A stretch of 43,586 bases of DNA, taken from positions 1 to 43,586 of IMG/VR virus record IMGVR_UViG_3300032373_001208. The stretch is one strand, 5' to 3'. The position numbers were made by a program, and so were the translations under genes. The notes below the pieces were generated by a model. It was not told where the DNA came from, ran no database searches, and saw only the letters and a program-made list of their open reading frames with translations. This document shows positions 10,015-19,257 of the stretch, piece after piece. Origin of the DNA: a virus. Taxonomy: Duplodnaviria; Caudoviricetes. Within the stretch, counting starts at the first letter, position 1. Each line of letters starts with the position of its first letter.

Positions 10015-10275
10015 TCATGCCGCCTCCTTGGCTGCCATGTATTGGCCAGCACCTGGGCAAATTTCCAAGGGGCTGATTTCATGCTGAAGTACTTCGGCAA
10101 TTTTGGCGGCGTGTTGTGTCTTGCCAGTCCATTCAGATGCAGGCATGCCGCGACGAATCCAGTTGGAGAAGAGTTCAATGCTAAATCCACAGGCATTGCA
10201 GAAGTCGGTACGCGTGCGTCCATCAAAATGTTTGGCAACCAGCGCGTTAATTTTTTTGATTGTTATCTCGTCCAT
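10015..10275 (-). CDS. Cro-like protein (copy 2)
   Basis: 86 aa HTH (FCNACGFSIELFSNWIRRGMP); C-terminus nearly identical to copy 1. Confidence 0.75.
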   Translation of the reverse strand: MDEITIKKINALVAKHFDGRTRTDFCNACGFSIELFSNWIRRGMPASEWTGKTQHAAKIAEVLQHEISPLEICPGAGQYMAAKEAA

Positions 10276-10385
10276 GGCATGTCTCGTAGGACACTCCTAT
10301 GCTCTTTTTTTGTAAGCTTGGCAATTTCAACACTGCTCATGGATTGCTGTTGCCCATGACCGTTCAGGCGAAAGAAATTAATCAT
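10263..10385 (-). pseudogene. truncated Rha-family antirepressor fragment (40 aa, not in ORF track)
   Basis: MINFFRLNGHGQQQSMSSVEIAKLTKKEHRSVLRDMPWTR aligns with MSSMEVAELTTKRHDHVIRD of 9203..9928; ATGA overlap with the cro1 stop. Confidence 0.75.
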
Positions 10386-10645
10386 GCCGCCCCCTTGGCT
10401 GCCATGTATTGTCCAGCACCTGGGCAAAGCTCAATAGGAGCAACATCGCCATTGCCCATTGCTTTGATGAGGTCGCAAATGACTTGCGCGTATTTGGTGG
10501 TGCCCAGCCATTCAGAATTGGGTAATGCTTGGCGAGTGATCCATGCGTGGGGGGCAAATCGTCCAATAGCCATACCCTTTGCGGTGCATGCTCTGGCAAT
10601 CGTTGCTGCCCCACCTGCTTTTTCTATTGCTGTTTTAATGTCCAT
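10382..10645 (-). CDS. Cro-like protein (copy 1)
   Basis: IKTAIEKAGGAATIARAC...W..RQALP pattern of Cro/YdaS-like proteins; divergent from the CI-like gene. Confidence 0.8.
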   Translation of the reverse strand: MDIKTAIEKAGGAATIARACTAKGMAIGRFAPHAWITRQALPNSEWLGTTKYAQVICDLIKAMGNGDVAPIELCPGAGQYMAAKGAA

Positions 10646-10718
10646 GGCGCAACACTAAACAAAGTGTTCAGTTCCTGTCAACACATTTTGTGCAGTTCGG
10701 AGTTAAACATTATGTGTA
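10646..10718. promoter_or_regulatory. cI/cro switch: lytic promoter and three operators
   Basis: minus-strand TTGACA (10681-10676)-18bp-TAGTGT (10657-10652), 6 nt before the cro ATG; three A(A/C)ACA-N3-TGT(T/G) palindromes starting at 10656, 10680 and 10704 (24-bp period). Confidence 0.75.
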
Positions 10719-11527
10719 ATGATTCGGAAATGAGTCAGTTTGAACGTATGCTTAAAGAAATGGATGCGCTTAAAATATCCAAAGCTGAAATGGCTCGCCG
10801 TTTAGAAGTAAGCGACCAGAGGTTTGGTAATTGGAAAAGACGCGGCGCTATTCCTAAAGAGAAACTGCCTGCTGCAGCCAAGGTGTTGAGGGTTAATTTA
10901 CACTATCTCATGACAGGTGAAGGTGCTGCCAGAAAACTATCCACCATGCAGCGTAGAATCTCTGATATGATGCTGCGCAATGATATTGATGCGCATGATT
11001 TAGAGATGTTGACGCGCAATAAGGTGAGTGCGGCTGTGATTCAAAGCTGGCTCAATGGTGAAGCAGAGCTATCCGATACAGAGCTTACCATTGTCGCACC
11101 ACATTTGGGTATGCCTGCTGATTACTTCCGCACAGGGGTAAACAGCATCAAACAGATGGATGGGCCAAGCCGCAAGGTGCTTGAGCTTCCCGAAGGCTAT
11201 GAGCAGGCATCACATCTTGCGCAAACTTTATCAAAAGCCGTTATTCAAATGTCGAGCAATGGGCAATTACCCGACGAAAAACTAGAGGCCATGATGAATC
11301 TGCTTAATATCCCTGCACCTGTAGCCGCTCAGAAGCTAAAAATAACAAAAGCTCAGTTACGCAAAGATGCTGAAGCAGAGGTGGCAAAGCGTGAAAAATT
11401 AGGCAAGCGCAAGCTCTCTGCAGAAGAAAAAGAGCATTTCATTCAGTTTATTATGGATACATCACTCAGCCACCCTGCTCTTGAGTTAGATGAATCCGAA
11501 AGCAGCTGGCAAGAGCAGAGCAACTGA
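10712..11527 (+). CDS. CI-like repressor with two tandem XRE-type HTH domains and no S24 peptidase domain (start could be 10730)
   Basis: HTH1 ISKAEMARRLEVSDQRFGNWKRRG...LHYLMTGEG; HTH2 VSAAVIQSWLNGEAEL...DYFRTG; divergent from cro. Confidence 0.8.
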   Translation: MCNDSEMSQFERMLKEMDALKISKAEMARRLEVSDQRFGNWKRRGAIPKEKLPAAAKVLRVNLHYLMTGEGAARKLSTMQRRISDMMLRNDIDAHDLEMLTRNKVSAAVIQSWLNGEAELSDTELTIVAPHLGMPADYFRTGVNSIKQMDGPSRKVLELPEGYEQASHLAQTLSKAVIQMSSNGQLPDEKLEAMMNLLNIPAPVAAQKLKITKAQLRKDAEAEVAKREKLGKRKLSAEEKEHFIQFIMDTSLSHPALELDESESSWQEQSN

Positions 11528-11549
11528 TCGCTTTCTAAAAATGGAGGGA

Positions 11550-12113
11550 ATGGATATCAAAACAATTATACTTTTTTTAACGATAATGCTGGTGGGGCTG
11601 CCTGCCAATGCTGCCGATTTTCGAGGGGTTTCATGGGGCGCAACTGCTGCTGAGATTCAAAAGGCTGAAGGTAGAAAAGCTGACAACGCTTCGCCGCAAG
11701 GGTTGATCTATGTCACGACACTTGCCGGCATAAAGTGTTTGGCGATGTATGGGCTTAAAGGTGGGCAATTAAGCTCGGGTGTTTATTCTTTTGTTGAGCA
11801 TCGGAAAAATAACGGACTATATATTCTCGACTTTGAAAAAATAAACGATCTTCTTACTAAAAAATATGGCTCCCCCCAAATTGCAGACCAATGGGTCAAT
11901 GAGACATATAAAAACAAACCTAAACTTCATGGCACAGCGCTTTGGCTTGGGCACCTGAGCAAAATTAGCGGCTTCACAAACGGCGAGACCTCTATTGCCC
12001 ACGTGTTAAACCATGAGGACGAAAAAATAAGCCATCGGATTTACTACCAAAATAAAGCTGTCATAAAGAAAAACTCGAATAAAGCTGAGAACACTGCTCT
12101 TGATGCTCTGTAG
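11550..12113 (+). CDS. exported protein co-transcribed with the repressor
   Basis: signal peptide MDIKTIILFLTIMLVGLPANA-ADFRGVSWG; GGAGG RBS. Confidence 0.7.
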   Translation: MDIKTIILFLTIMLVGLPANAADFRGVSWGATAAEIQKAEGRKADNASPQGLIYVTTLAGIKCLAMYGLKGGQLSSGVYSFVEHRKNNGLYILDFEKINDLLTKKYGSPQIADQWVNETYKNKPKLHGTALWLGHLSKISGFTNGETSIAHVLNHEDEKISHRIYYQNKAVIKKNSNKAENTALDAL

Positions 12114-12139
12114 AAAGGTGGTCAGCAGCGCTGTCTAGG

Positions 12140-12484
12140 CTATCTGGCATGCCGCTTTAATGGCGCTTCTTCATTTGTGGCTGGTGCTGGCAAGGCATGC
12201 ATCGCCACTACATTGTGATGAAAAACATGCTCTAGTTGCATCACTTCATCCATAAGATCTTTAGAATATAGCCGTGCCCACAGTCGCAGCTCATAGGAAA
12301 GGTCAAGAAACCCATCGTCATCATCCTCTTTAATACATTGCAGCCGTTTGGCTGATATGGGTTTGATGCGCTCAATCACATACCTGTCTGCTGCAGCTTC
12401 CATTATAGCCTTATAAGAAGTCGTAGTATCGTGGGACCCCACTGTGCGTCTGTGCTCTGTTGCCGCTTTTTGTTTTGCAAACAT
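12140..12484 (-). CDS. hypothetical protein
   Basis: 114 aa ORF with a purine-rich RBS. Confidence 0.55.
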   Translation of the reverse strand: MFAKQKAATEHRRTVGSHDTTTSYKAIMEAAADRYVIERIKPISAKRLQCIKEDDDDGFLDLSYELRLWARLYSKDLMDEVMQLEHVFHHNVVAMHALPAPATNEEAPLKRHAR

Positions 12485-12769
12485 CCTTGTTCCCCTCTAC
12501 CTAAACCTATGAAAAAATTGCGCATTGGTTTACTTGCCCCTCATGAATATGAGCCATCATTCTTGCGATGATTGGAATGAAGTGAAGCGATAAAGCTATG
12601 ACACCGCAACCTCTTTTCTGCGTAAAAAGGGTTAATGCCTGCGCGCTATGCTTTAGCACCTGCCAATAAGCCGCGAAAAAAATATTTTCATGCCATGCGT
12701 TTTTATGCTCATTTTTTCTCAAGCAAGGGACAGTTTATGCGATAAGAAAGAATAAGGAGCAATAAACTT

Positions 12770-13249
12770 ATGCCTCTTTCGAAAAAAAGCAGAGAAAAAT
12801 ATCGGGCGATGTTGCGGGCGATGGTCCGAGCATGGCGGTGTCGGCATAAGTCGCACACTTTAATCTTGCTTGCAAGTCGTATAGACATGAATGTACATAC
12901 ATTTTTAAGCAAGTTGCGAGGGAAAAATGGCGCTACATTTGACGGCTATGAGGCTGCTGAGCTAACCAATGAAACCCAACAAGATCATTTTGTTGAATGG
13001 ATATGCACAAAAACAGGGCATATCAATGTGCCAGCGGCATCATTCATTGATGACGATGAGGTATTTGAACACAACATCAAGAAAAACTCAGCATATGCAA
13101 CGATTGCAGCGGGTGAGTTTCATGCATCGGTCTTCCAAGCGCTTGAAGATGATGTCGTTGATGATGATGAACATGCAACAATTCGCCAGAAAGGCCGCAA
13201 AAGCATCCAAAAGACTTTGGCAGTGATGCATATCAAAAAGAAACCCTAA
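12770..13249 (+). CDS. second CII/YmfL-like regulatory protein
   Basis: LASRIDMNVHTFLSKL HTH-like segment; GEFHASVFQALEDDVVDDDEHATI C-terminal motif; AAGGAG RBS. Confidence 0.6.
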   Translation: MPLSKKSREKYRAMLRAMVRAWRCRHKSHTLILLASRIDMNVHTFLSKLRGKNGATFDGYEAAELTNETQQDHFVEWICTKTGHINVPAASFIDDDEVFEHNIKKNSAYATIAAGEFHASVFQALEDDVVDDDEHATIRQKGRKSIQKTLAVMHIKKKP

Positions 13250-13311
13250 AACTTGTAACAAAATACGATATCTGTAACACTTCTTTTTCGATTTCTCGGA
13301 GGGAATATATA

Positions 13312-13737
13312 ATGAATAAAATTATAGCGGTAATCATTGCGGGCATGCTATCTGCATGCGCAACAGCAGGTGATGCTTATCTAAAAAGTAAAAGCTTGGA
13401 TTATGAGTCAAAACCAGCAGATGCATTGGTGATAGAGCAAGCTCGAAAAATGATTCGCCCACATTTAAAAGACCCTGATTCATTAAAAAACTTGAGTATT
13501 GTAAATAATTACAAATGTTACGCTTCAAAAATGGGCGTAACTGACAATGTCAGCCCAAAATATAACTATGGTTACTGGTGTTATAACTTTAAATATCAAG
13601 CAACAAACAGCTATGGTGGCTATGTAGGCGGCGATAAATTTGCAGTTTATGCTAAAGGTAGACTTCAAAACATTAATCGTCTTGGTGAAACTGTCCGAAA
13701 ATTTGATGATCTGTATATGTATCACTCTCCCCAATGA
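13312..13737 (+). CDS. lipoprotein (moron)
   Basis: lipobox LSAC after a hydrophobic leader; LKDPDS and ATNSYGGYVG motifs; GGAGG RBS. Confidence 0.75.
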   Translation: MNKIIAVIIAGMLSACATAGDAYLKSKSLDYESKPADALVIEQARKMIRPHLKDPDSLKNLSIVNNYKCYASKMGVTDNVSPKYNYGYWCYNFKYQATNSYGGYVGGDKFAVYAKGRLQNINRLGETVRKFDDLYMYHSPQ

Positions 13738-13788
13738 GAATCTAGGCGTGATTGAAGGCGGATGGGGCTTAGTGAGCCTCACCGCGCA

Positions 13789-14073
13789 TCACGTGCCCCA
13801 AGCTCTTAGGTACCAAAAGCCCGTCACCAACACATCAAGTAGGCTTTCTTTATTCGTATTTTGTGCCTTCCCAATGCGCTGGATGCGCTGCACAAGCTCA
13901 ATCGCCAAACCCATCAAAAACGGGCAACCGAAAAACGCGGTCAATGCATAATTAAGGTTCAGCGTGAGCAATAGCGCAAGACAAACACTGGCTAGTGATG
14001 CGAACGCACCTAAACGCATGTGCTTAGGTGCATTGGGGTCGGTTTGCATGTGGCTTAGGATTACTTTAATCAT
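13789..14073 (-). CDS. small membrane protein at the end of the tail operon
   Basis: KH...G followed by hydrophobic helices and IELVQ...SLLDVLVT (VanZ-like pattern, tentative). Confidence 0.55.
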   Translation of the reverse strand: MIKVILSHMQTDPNAPKHMRLGAFASLASVCLALLLTLNLNYALTAFFGCPFLMGLAIELVQRIQRIGKAQNTNKESLLDVLVTGFWYLRAWGT

Positions 14074-14531
14074 ACAACCGCCCTAGCTGTAACCAAGTCG
14101 GTTACTGCTACGCTTGCACCATCCACCACTGCTTGGGCTACTGCACGTTCATCAGCATCAATGGCTAGAGCAGGGTTAGCTACCTTCCCACCATTGATGC
14201 CGCCAACATCCGGGTAGGCTAATGGGTCAAGGGGCGCTTTAGCTAGTCTAACTTGGGCTACTTCATAATCAAGTACAGACTGTAAAAGAAGACTATCTGC
14301 TGCTGCATCAACACCTGCTTGTCTCGCTGAAAGCACAAGGGTGGAAAACGCATCAATCTGCGCCTGCTCTGACAGTGTTGGCGTATACTTGGCAAGAGCC
14401 TCACCTTGTATAATTCGGTTCAGCTTAAACTCGTCGTTCTCACTGAATTTTTGGCGAATCATGGAAACAACGCGGTTGTTTATTTCATCAGCAGTGAATA
14501 CTTTATTATCCATCATATTTATGAAGCTCAT
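14070..14531 (-). CDS. putative tail fibre-associated/chaperone protein
   Basis: directly downstream of the tail fibre with ATGA overlap; MIRQKFSENDE motif. Confidence 0.5.
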   Translation of the reverse strand: MSFINMMDNKVFTADEINNRVVSMIRQKFSENDEFKLNRIIQGEALAKYTPTLSEQAQIDAFSTLVLSARQAGVDAAADSLLLQSVLDYEVAQVRLAKAPLDPLAYPDVGGINGGKVANPALAIDADERAVAQAVVDGASVAVTDLVTARAVV

Positions 14532-16969
14532 ACTAGCACCCCTTCAATTACTACGTTATTTGTCCCAAGCGCTGGTGCAACTGCAAAGCTAACACCATAA
14601 ATAAAGCCATCATAAGTTATCGTATAGTCAGAAGTAGCTCCTTCAAACTTACGAACACCTGCAACATAAACTGATTGCGGTCTCCACCCACTTTGAAGCT
14701 CGAATAGCGTTATAGCCGCATTACCATTAAAGCCAAAAGATTTTGGCTTGGTTGCCGCTTTAGACAACTTCTCATTAGCTGCATTCAATTCTGCATTCAC
14801 ATTAATCGTAGGCGCATAATACTTAGTGCCTGTTAGTGCAGGGCATGGTGCTGCTGTAAAGCCTGCTGTAGTTACAACGCTGTCAATGCGTTTCAAGCCT
14901 TTAAATAAGTCAGTATTTGCGCCGTTTTTGACTTGGTGGGTATCTGTTTTATCATCGTACGTTAAGCCTGATACCAAGGCTGAATTTGACAACAAGCATA
15001 AGCCACCACCTTTGATTGCGCTCTCTTGGTCCGCAATGAATTTAGATTGCTCGGCTGTTGGTGCCGTGGCTTCGATGTTGCAAGTCTCGAATGAGCCACC
15101 TATCCACGGTGCCGATGCATGCTGCCCTTCTCCGATGCGTAAAAACCCAGTTAAGTTGCTGATGGACAGTGCAGAAGTTGCGCTACATACCAGTTCTCCA
15201 TCTACAAGCACGGTTACAGTTGTTCCGCTGCGCTTAACCTCAAGCGTGTGCAGTGCTATATCAGAGAAGGAACTAGTGCTCGTCCCAATTAGAGTTAGAG
15301 ATATACCATTATGAATGTAAAGATTTATGACATTTAATGCCGTCAAAGATACATACATTGAGCCAGCTGATACACCATCTCCTAGAGATAGTATAAATCC
15401 ATTAAACCCAGCAGCTCCCCACTTAACTCCTGTCATTCTGATACAGAAATCACCAGTACCAAGTGCATTCCAATCAGCATGTGAAGCTTCTTGAATATAG
15501 TTAGTAGCACTAAACCCACTAATCGCTGTGCGTCCCCCTGCAACTGGTATATATGTAAGTACACCAACTGCTGCAGGTAAACCTGCTTTAACACTCTTGT
15601 CGCCAATGATAGAACCAGAATCAGCAAGAATGCAGCGGCGAATATCGCCAACCATGTAGCCCGTGTTGTAGGTGTTAGTGATATACGCATTTAGACTCGA
15701 CGTCGGTGCTGTTATGTTGTGTTTTAGTAAAGTTAAGCCCGCACTATTTGAAAACACCCCTGTACGGTAGCGATTATTGCCTGAGCCTATAAGTGGTGCT
15801 GGGATACTAGTTGCCCCTGTAAATACATTAGTGAGTGACGCGTATGGAGGCTCTGAATACTGTAGGTATGTAGATACAGTTGCATTGGCAGCGTACAAGT
15901 TACCTTGCTTATCGAACTCACAATTAAAGTATGCCCCAGCTCCGCTAGGGGTCACCGTCGTACCATCATCTTTAATAATACTTAGGCCACCAGCCGTACC
16001 AACTACAATAGTCGGAACCTTAAGACCATTCTCGATTGGCGCGCTGGGTAGGTGGGTGATTGCTACAGAGTTGACTATGCGATTAACTATTGCTTTTGCG
16101 GCCTCGGTATTATTCGCAGAACCAATACTACTAAAAACCGATTCGGTGAAGCTAACTTTTCCACCTACGCCGAAAGATACCCATGCTCCAGTTTTGAAGT
16201 CATAAACTGCTAAGCCGTGAACAGAACTAGCTAGGCATATTGATCCATTGATGGCTGCAATAGATGATATAGAAGGCTGTACAGACGTAACCGCCCACAT
16301 GGATGGAGAACCGTGCGTAGAATCCCAAATGATAGCTCGACCTGCCTCTGCTGTGACAAAACCACGCATTGGGAATTTCTTTGTACCTGCGCGAGTAGTC
16401 GCACCAATACCATACGCATTAAACACTGAGCCAGTGTAGTAAACATCCCCAATAGCAATAGTTGGATTAGCTGCAAGAGCCGCTGCATCATTTACATAGT
16501 TTGCTGTAAGGAATTGTTTAGAGTTAGAGCGAGTTTCACTATACCAAGACTTATCCGAGCAACGGTCTAGCCATGCAGGGTCAGCACTGTTATCAAAGAA
16601 TGCTGTTGCTATAGGGGTGATTGGCAGCGTTGCGGTAACATCCCCTGTGGCTGAACCAATCGTAAGTGCGCCAAAAGTTGCACTGCGTGATGTTGAATCG
16701 CCATTTTTCAGTATATCATCAAGCGCTTGAGTTGCGCTCCCAGCGGCGGGGAATGTTAAGCGTCTAACGCCACCGAGGGTCAGACCTGCGCTAACAACGG
16801 CTTCGGCAGCCGTGATGCCTGGTGTAGTCATAGCCTTGTGAGTGCCATCTCCATAATGCTCAGGGTTAAATGCTTGCTCTAACATGCTATTATTTTCATC
16901 AATTTCATCGGCATAGCGTCCAATAGAGTTGCGTGTTATCCTGTTTAAAGAAATCGGTGGCTTTGGCAT
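14528..16969 (-). CDS. tail fibre / receptor-binding protein with beta-propeller-like and LamG-like regions
   Basis: 813 aa, G/S/T/A-rich; IVVGTAGGLSII propeller-like segment; HTLEVKRSGTTVTVLVDGEL...LRIGE LamG-like segment; last large tail gene. Confidence 0.7.
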   Translation of the reverse strand: MPKPPISLNRITRNSIGRYADEIDENNSMLEQAFNPEHYGDGTHKAMTTPGITAAEAVVSAGLTLGGVRRLTFPAAGSATQALDDILKNGDSTSRSATFGALTIGSATGDVTATLPITPIATAFFDNSADPAWLDRCSDKSWYSETRSNSKQFLTANYVNDAAALAANPTIAIGDVYYTGSVFNAYGIGATTRAGTKKFPMRGFVTAEAGRAIIWDSTHGSPSMWAVTSVQPSISSIAAINGSICLASSVHGLAVYDFKTGAWVSFGVGGKVSFTESVFSSIGSANNTEAAKAIVNRIVNSVAITHLPSAPIENGLKVPTIVVGTAGGLSIIKDDGTTVTPSGAGAYFNCEFDKQGNLYAANATVSTYLQYSEPPYASLTNVFTGATSIPAPLIGSGNNRYRTGVFSNSAGLTLLKHNITAPTSSLNAYITNTYNTGYMVGDIRRCILADSGSIIGDKSVKAGLPAAVGVLTYIPVAGGRTAISGFSATNYIQEASHADWNALGTGDFCIRMTGVKWGAAGFNGFILSLGDGVSAGSMYVSLTALNVINLYIHNGISLTLIGTSTSSFSDIALHTLEVKRSGTTVTVLVDGELVCSATSALSISNLTGFLRIGEGQHASAPWIGGSFETCNIEATAPTAEQSKFIADQESAIKGGGLCLLSNSALVSGLTYDDKTDTHQVKNGANTDLFKGLKRIDSVVTTAGFTAAPCPALTGTKYYAPTINVNAELNAANEKLSKAATKPKSFGFNGNAAITLFELQSGWRPQSVYVAGVRKFEGATSDYTITYDGFIYGVSFAVAPALGTNNVVIEGVLV

Positions 16970-19257
16970 TATTTCACCTCGAGTAATGTGAGATTTATTT
17001 TTTGTTGCTGTTGTTTTAAGTCGGCAGTAGTCACCATCATTTTGATAGAATGAATACCTTTAGGAAGCTGCTTAGAAGAAAGCAAGACGATATCGCCAAC
17101 CGTAATGTCCAGCTTGCGTAATGAGACAGGCAAGGTGACGACTGCACGACCATCATTCCAAGCATTGAGATAATTCGCGCCAATCAAGGCGAGTATGGCT
17201 GCTGGGATATTCCACCAATCGCGCATCGTTTCCCAGAAATCAGAGCCATAGGATGAGACACTTGCTGCATCCACAAAAATTTCACCTGAAGCAAACTGCT
17301 CATCACCTTTGCCTGTGCCCGAATAACCCGTGAGCAACATTAAACTGTTAATCATCAGGTTCCAGCCACGCCGCCAGGTTACAGATTTTGTGCCCACAAT
17401 ATCTTTATCTGTAATGACATGATTAGGGACGATACCCACTTCTGGCTCTGCCAATAACGTTATTCTATTTTGCTCATCGCTTGCCCACTGCGCATTCAAC
17501 ATGAGTGCGAGTTGCGATAACATTTCAAAAATAGAAGTGGGTTTATCGATGATTCTGGAGCCTGTATAGTTAGGTCGCATGGCTTTGACACGAACAAGGC
17601 TTGCTTCATTGATGAACTGTGGTGGCAATAAGGCGCGGTTGATAAGTAAATCGCGCGCAATATCAATCAAGTGCCAATCTGCAGCCGCATTGGTTGTTGG
17701 GTTATATATGATTTGATTCCAAACTGCTCCAGTCTTGGTGTCAGGAACTTTCCTATCTGTAATTGACGTTGTATCTTCTAATTCAAGCTTATATTTTCCA
17801 GCTTCGTAAGTAAGATCGTTGATGCGGGCACGATTGACAATCGTCTTTTCATCAATACCCATGACACCAAGGCTCATCGTAGCGTGATGACCTTTTAAAT
17901 CTAATTCGCGTAACGACTCCACGATGGGCACAGCTTCAAGCTCTGCCGACGAAATGCCTTTTGCCATTTTACCAGGGCGCGCAGAAAGTTTGGCATTGAG
18001 CATAGTCATGCTGCCCAAGCCGCGATGAGCAAGCATATAATGGTCCTTATCAACAATGTTTTGGGTCGCAATGGTTAAGATTTTACTCGACGAATACTTA
18101 ATCTCCCACTTCTCAATCGCAGGCGATTCATCCAAACTAGCATTGGCATACATCACAGCTTCAACGCGCCAATATTGCGCAGGTGGCAAGTTGGGTGTAA
18201 ATGCTGATAAAACACCAAATGAACTCCATAATAGCGGGTCGAAAGCGCTGGCATCTGCCAAAGCTTTATCATTGGTATACCAAGCATTAAGCGTTGTTGT
18301 TGTACCCACGGGATGGTTCGCAAGCTGCGTAAAGCTGGCTAATTCTGTTGCTGCCGGAATATCACCCATTTTAAATATGCGAGCAAAGCTACCCTGACTT
18401 GCAAAGTTATTGCCTCCACCAGATGGCCAATAACCATCACGAATGGGAACATCCCAACTGATATCAGTTGAGACTATCGTTCCGACGTACACAGATGCTT
18501 TAAATGATACGGTGTTAAGTGTGGCGCCACCATTATAAACATATGTATTTTCATCAGGCAGAATCATCGATACTTCAAAGCTATAAGTATGCCCTTTTGC
18601 AATGGGCGCATTCAACATTGAAAACGTGTATTTGGCATAATTACCACTAAATGCCACACGTTTTTTGCTGATATTTCCAACCTGATTGCCTGAAGCATCT
18701 AAAATACGCAACATAATATCTACAGCTTCAGATTCATAATTCCATAATGGAATACATACATCGTTGACGAGGCGCGTAGATGTTGGCGTGTACGAAAAGG
18801 GTAATACATTTGGCTGCGTAATAAGTGTTCGTTTATAGCCCGTGTGATGCCATGTATGACCAATGTGTTTGTTACCAGTGACGTAACCTTGCTCCTGTAC
18901 ATCAAGCTGCCATGGCATCCATCCTACACTATATGAGCGCGCCATTGATGGTGAAGGAAAGAATATTGCACCTGTTGTATTTATCACATGTGCTGTGCCT
19001 GCGGCTAACATCACAGCACCAGCTTTGCGTGTTAAATCTATATTTGTATCACCAATAATAGATTGTGTCGGATAAAAGAAACCGTTGGGGTCAAAATAGG
19101 TTTGCCAGGCTACCCTAGCGCTAATATCGCTTGCCCATTCTGCTGCGGAATCAAAACTATCATGCAATGGGTTGCCAATATCTAAATCCAAAAATGATAT
19201 GGGTGTTGTCGTTTGCTTGTTTAAAGCTTCGAGTAATATTGGCGGCACGTTTCTCAT
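16969..19257 (-). CDS. tail tip / baseplate hub protein
   Basis: 762 aa after the distal tail gene; C-terminal SVSSYG...LDITVGDIV motif typical of siphophage hub proteins. Confidence 0.65.
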   Translation of the reverse strand: MRNVPPILLEALNKQTTTPISFLDLDIGNPLHDSFDSAAEWASDISARVAWQTYFDPNGFFYPTQSIIGDTNIDLTRKAGAVMLAAGTAHVINTTGAIFFPSPSMARSYSVGWMPWQLDVQEQGYVTGNKHIGHTWHHTGYKRTLITQPNVLPFSYTPTSTRLVNDVCIPLWNYESEAVDIMLRILDASGNQVGNISKKRVAFSGNYAKYTFSMLNAPIAKGHTYSFEVSMILPDENTYVYNGGATLNTVSFKASVYVGTIVSTDISWDVPIRDGYWPSGGGNNFASQGSFARIFKMGDIPAATELASFTQLANHPVGTTTTLNAWYTNDKALADASAFDPLLWSSFGVLSAFTPNLPPAQYWRVEAVMYANASLDESPAIEKWEIKYSSSKILTIATQNIVDKDHYMLAHRGLGSMTMLNAKLSARPGKMAKGISSAELEAVPIVESLRELDLKGHHATMSLGVMGIDEKTIVNRARINDLTYEAGKYKLELEDTTSITDRKVPDTKTGAVWNQIIYNPTTNAAADWHLIDIARDLLINRALLPPQFINEASLVRVKAMRPNYTGSRIIDKPTSIFEMLSQLALMLNAQWASDEQNRITLLAEPEVGIVPNHVITDKDIVGTKSVTWRRGWNLMINSLMLLTGYSGTGKGDEQFASGEIFVDAASVSSYGSDFWETMRDWWNIPAAILALIGANYLNAWNDGRAVVTLPVSLRKLDITVGDIVLLSSKQLPKGIHSIKMMVTTADLKQQQQKINLTLLEVK

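Noticed and set aside
8475-10087. Long plus-strand ORFs (258 aa and 293 aa)
   Set aside because: Antisense shadows of the serine recombinase and Rha-KilAC genes; no recognisable motifs.
10529-10711. N-terminal extension of the CI ORF in the ORF track
   Set aside because: It overlaps cro1 and the operator region; the HTH domain begins near 10712-10730.
9929-10730. LexA (SOS) box controlling cro or the antirepressor
   Set aside because: No CTGT-N8-ACAG match seen in these intergenic regions; the host LexA motif is unknown, so absence is not conclusive.
14070-19257. Invertible tail-fibre cassette or diversity-generating retroelement
   Set aside because: No oppositely oriented fibre segments, flanking inverted repeats, reverse transcriptase or TR/VR pair seen by eye; a dot-plot would be definitive.
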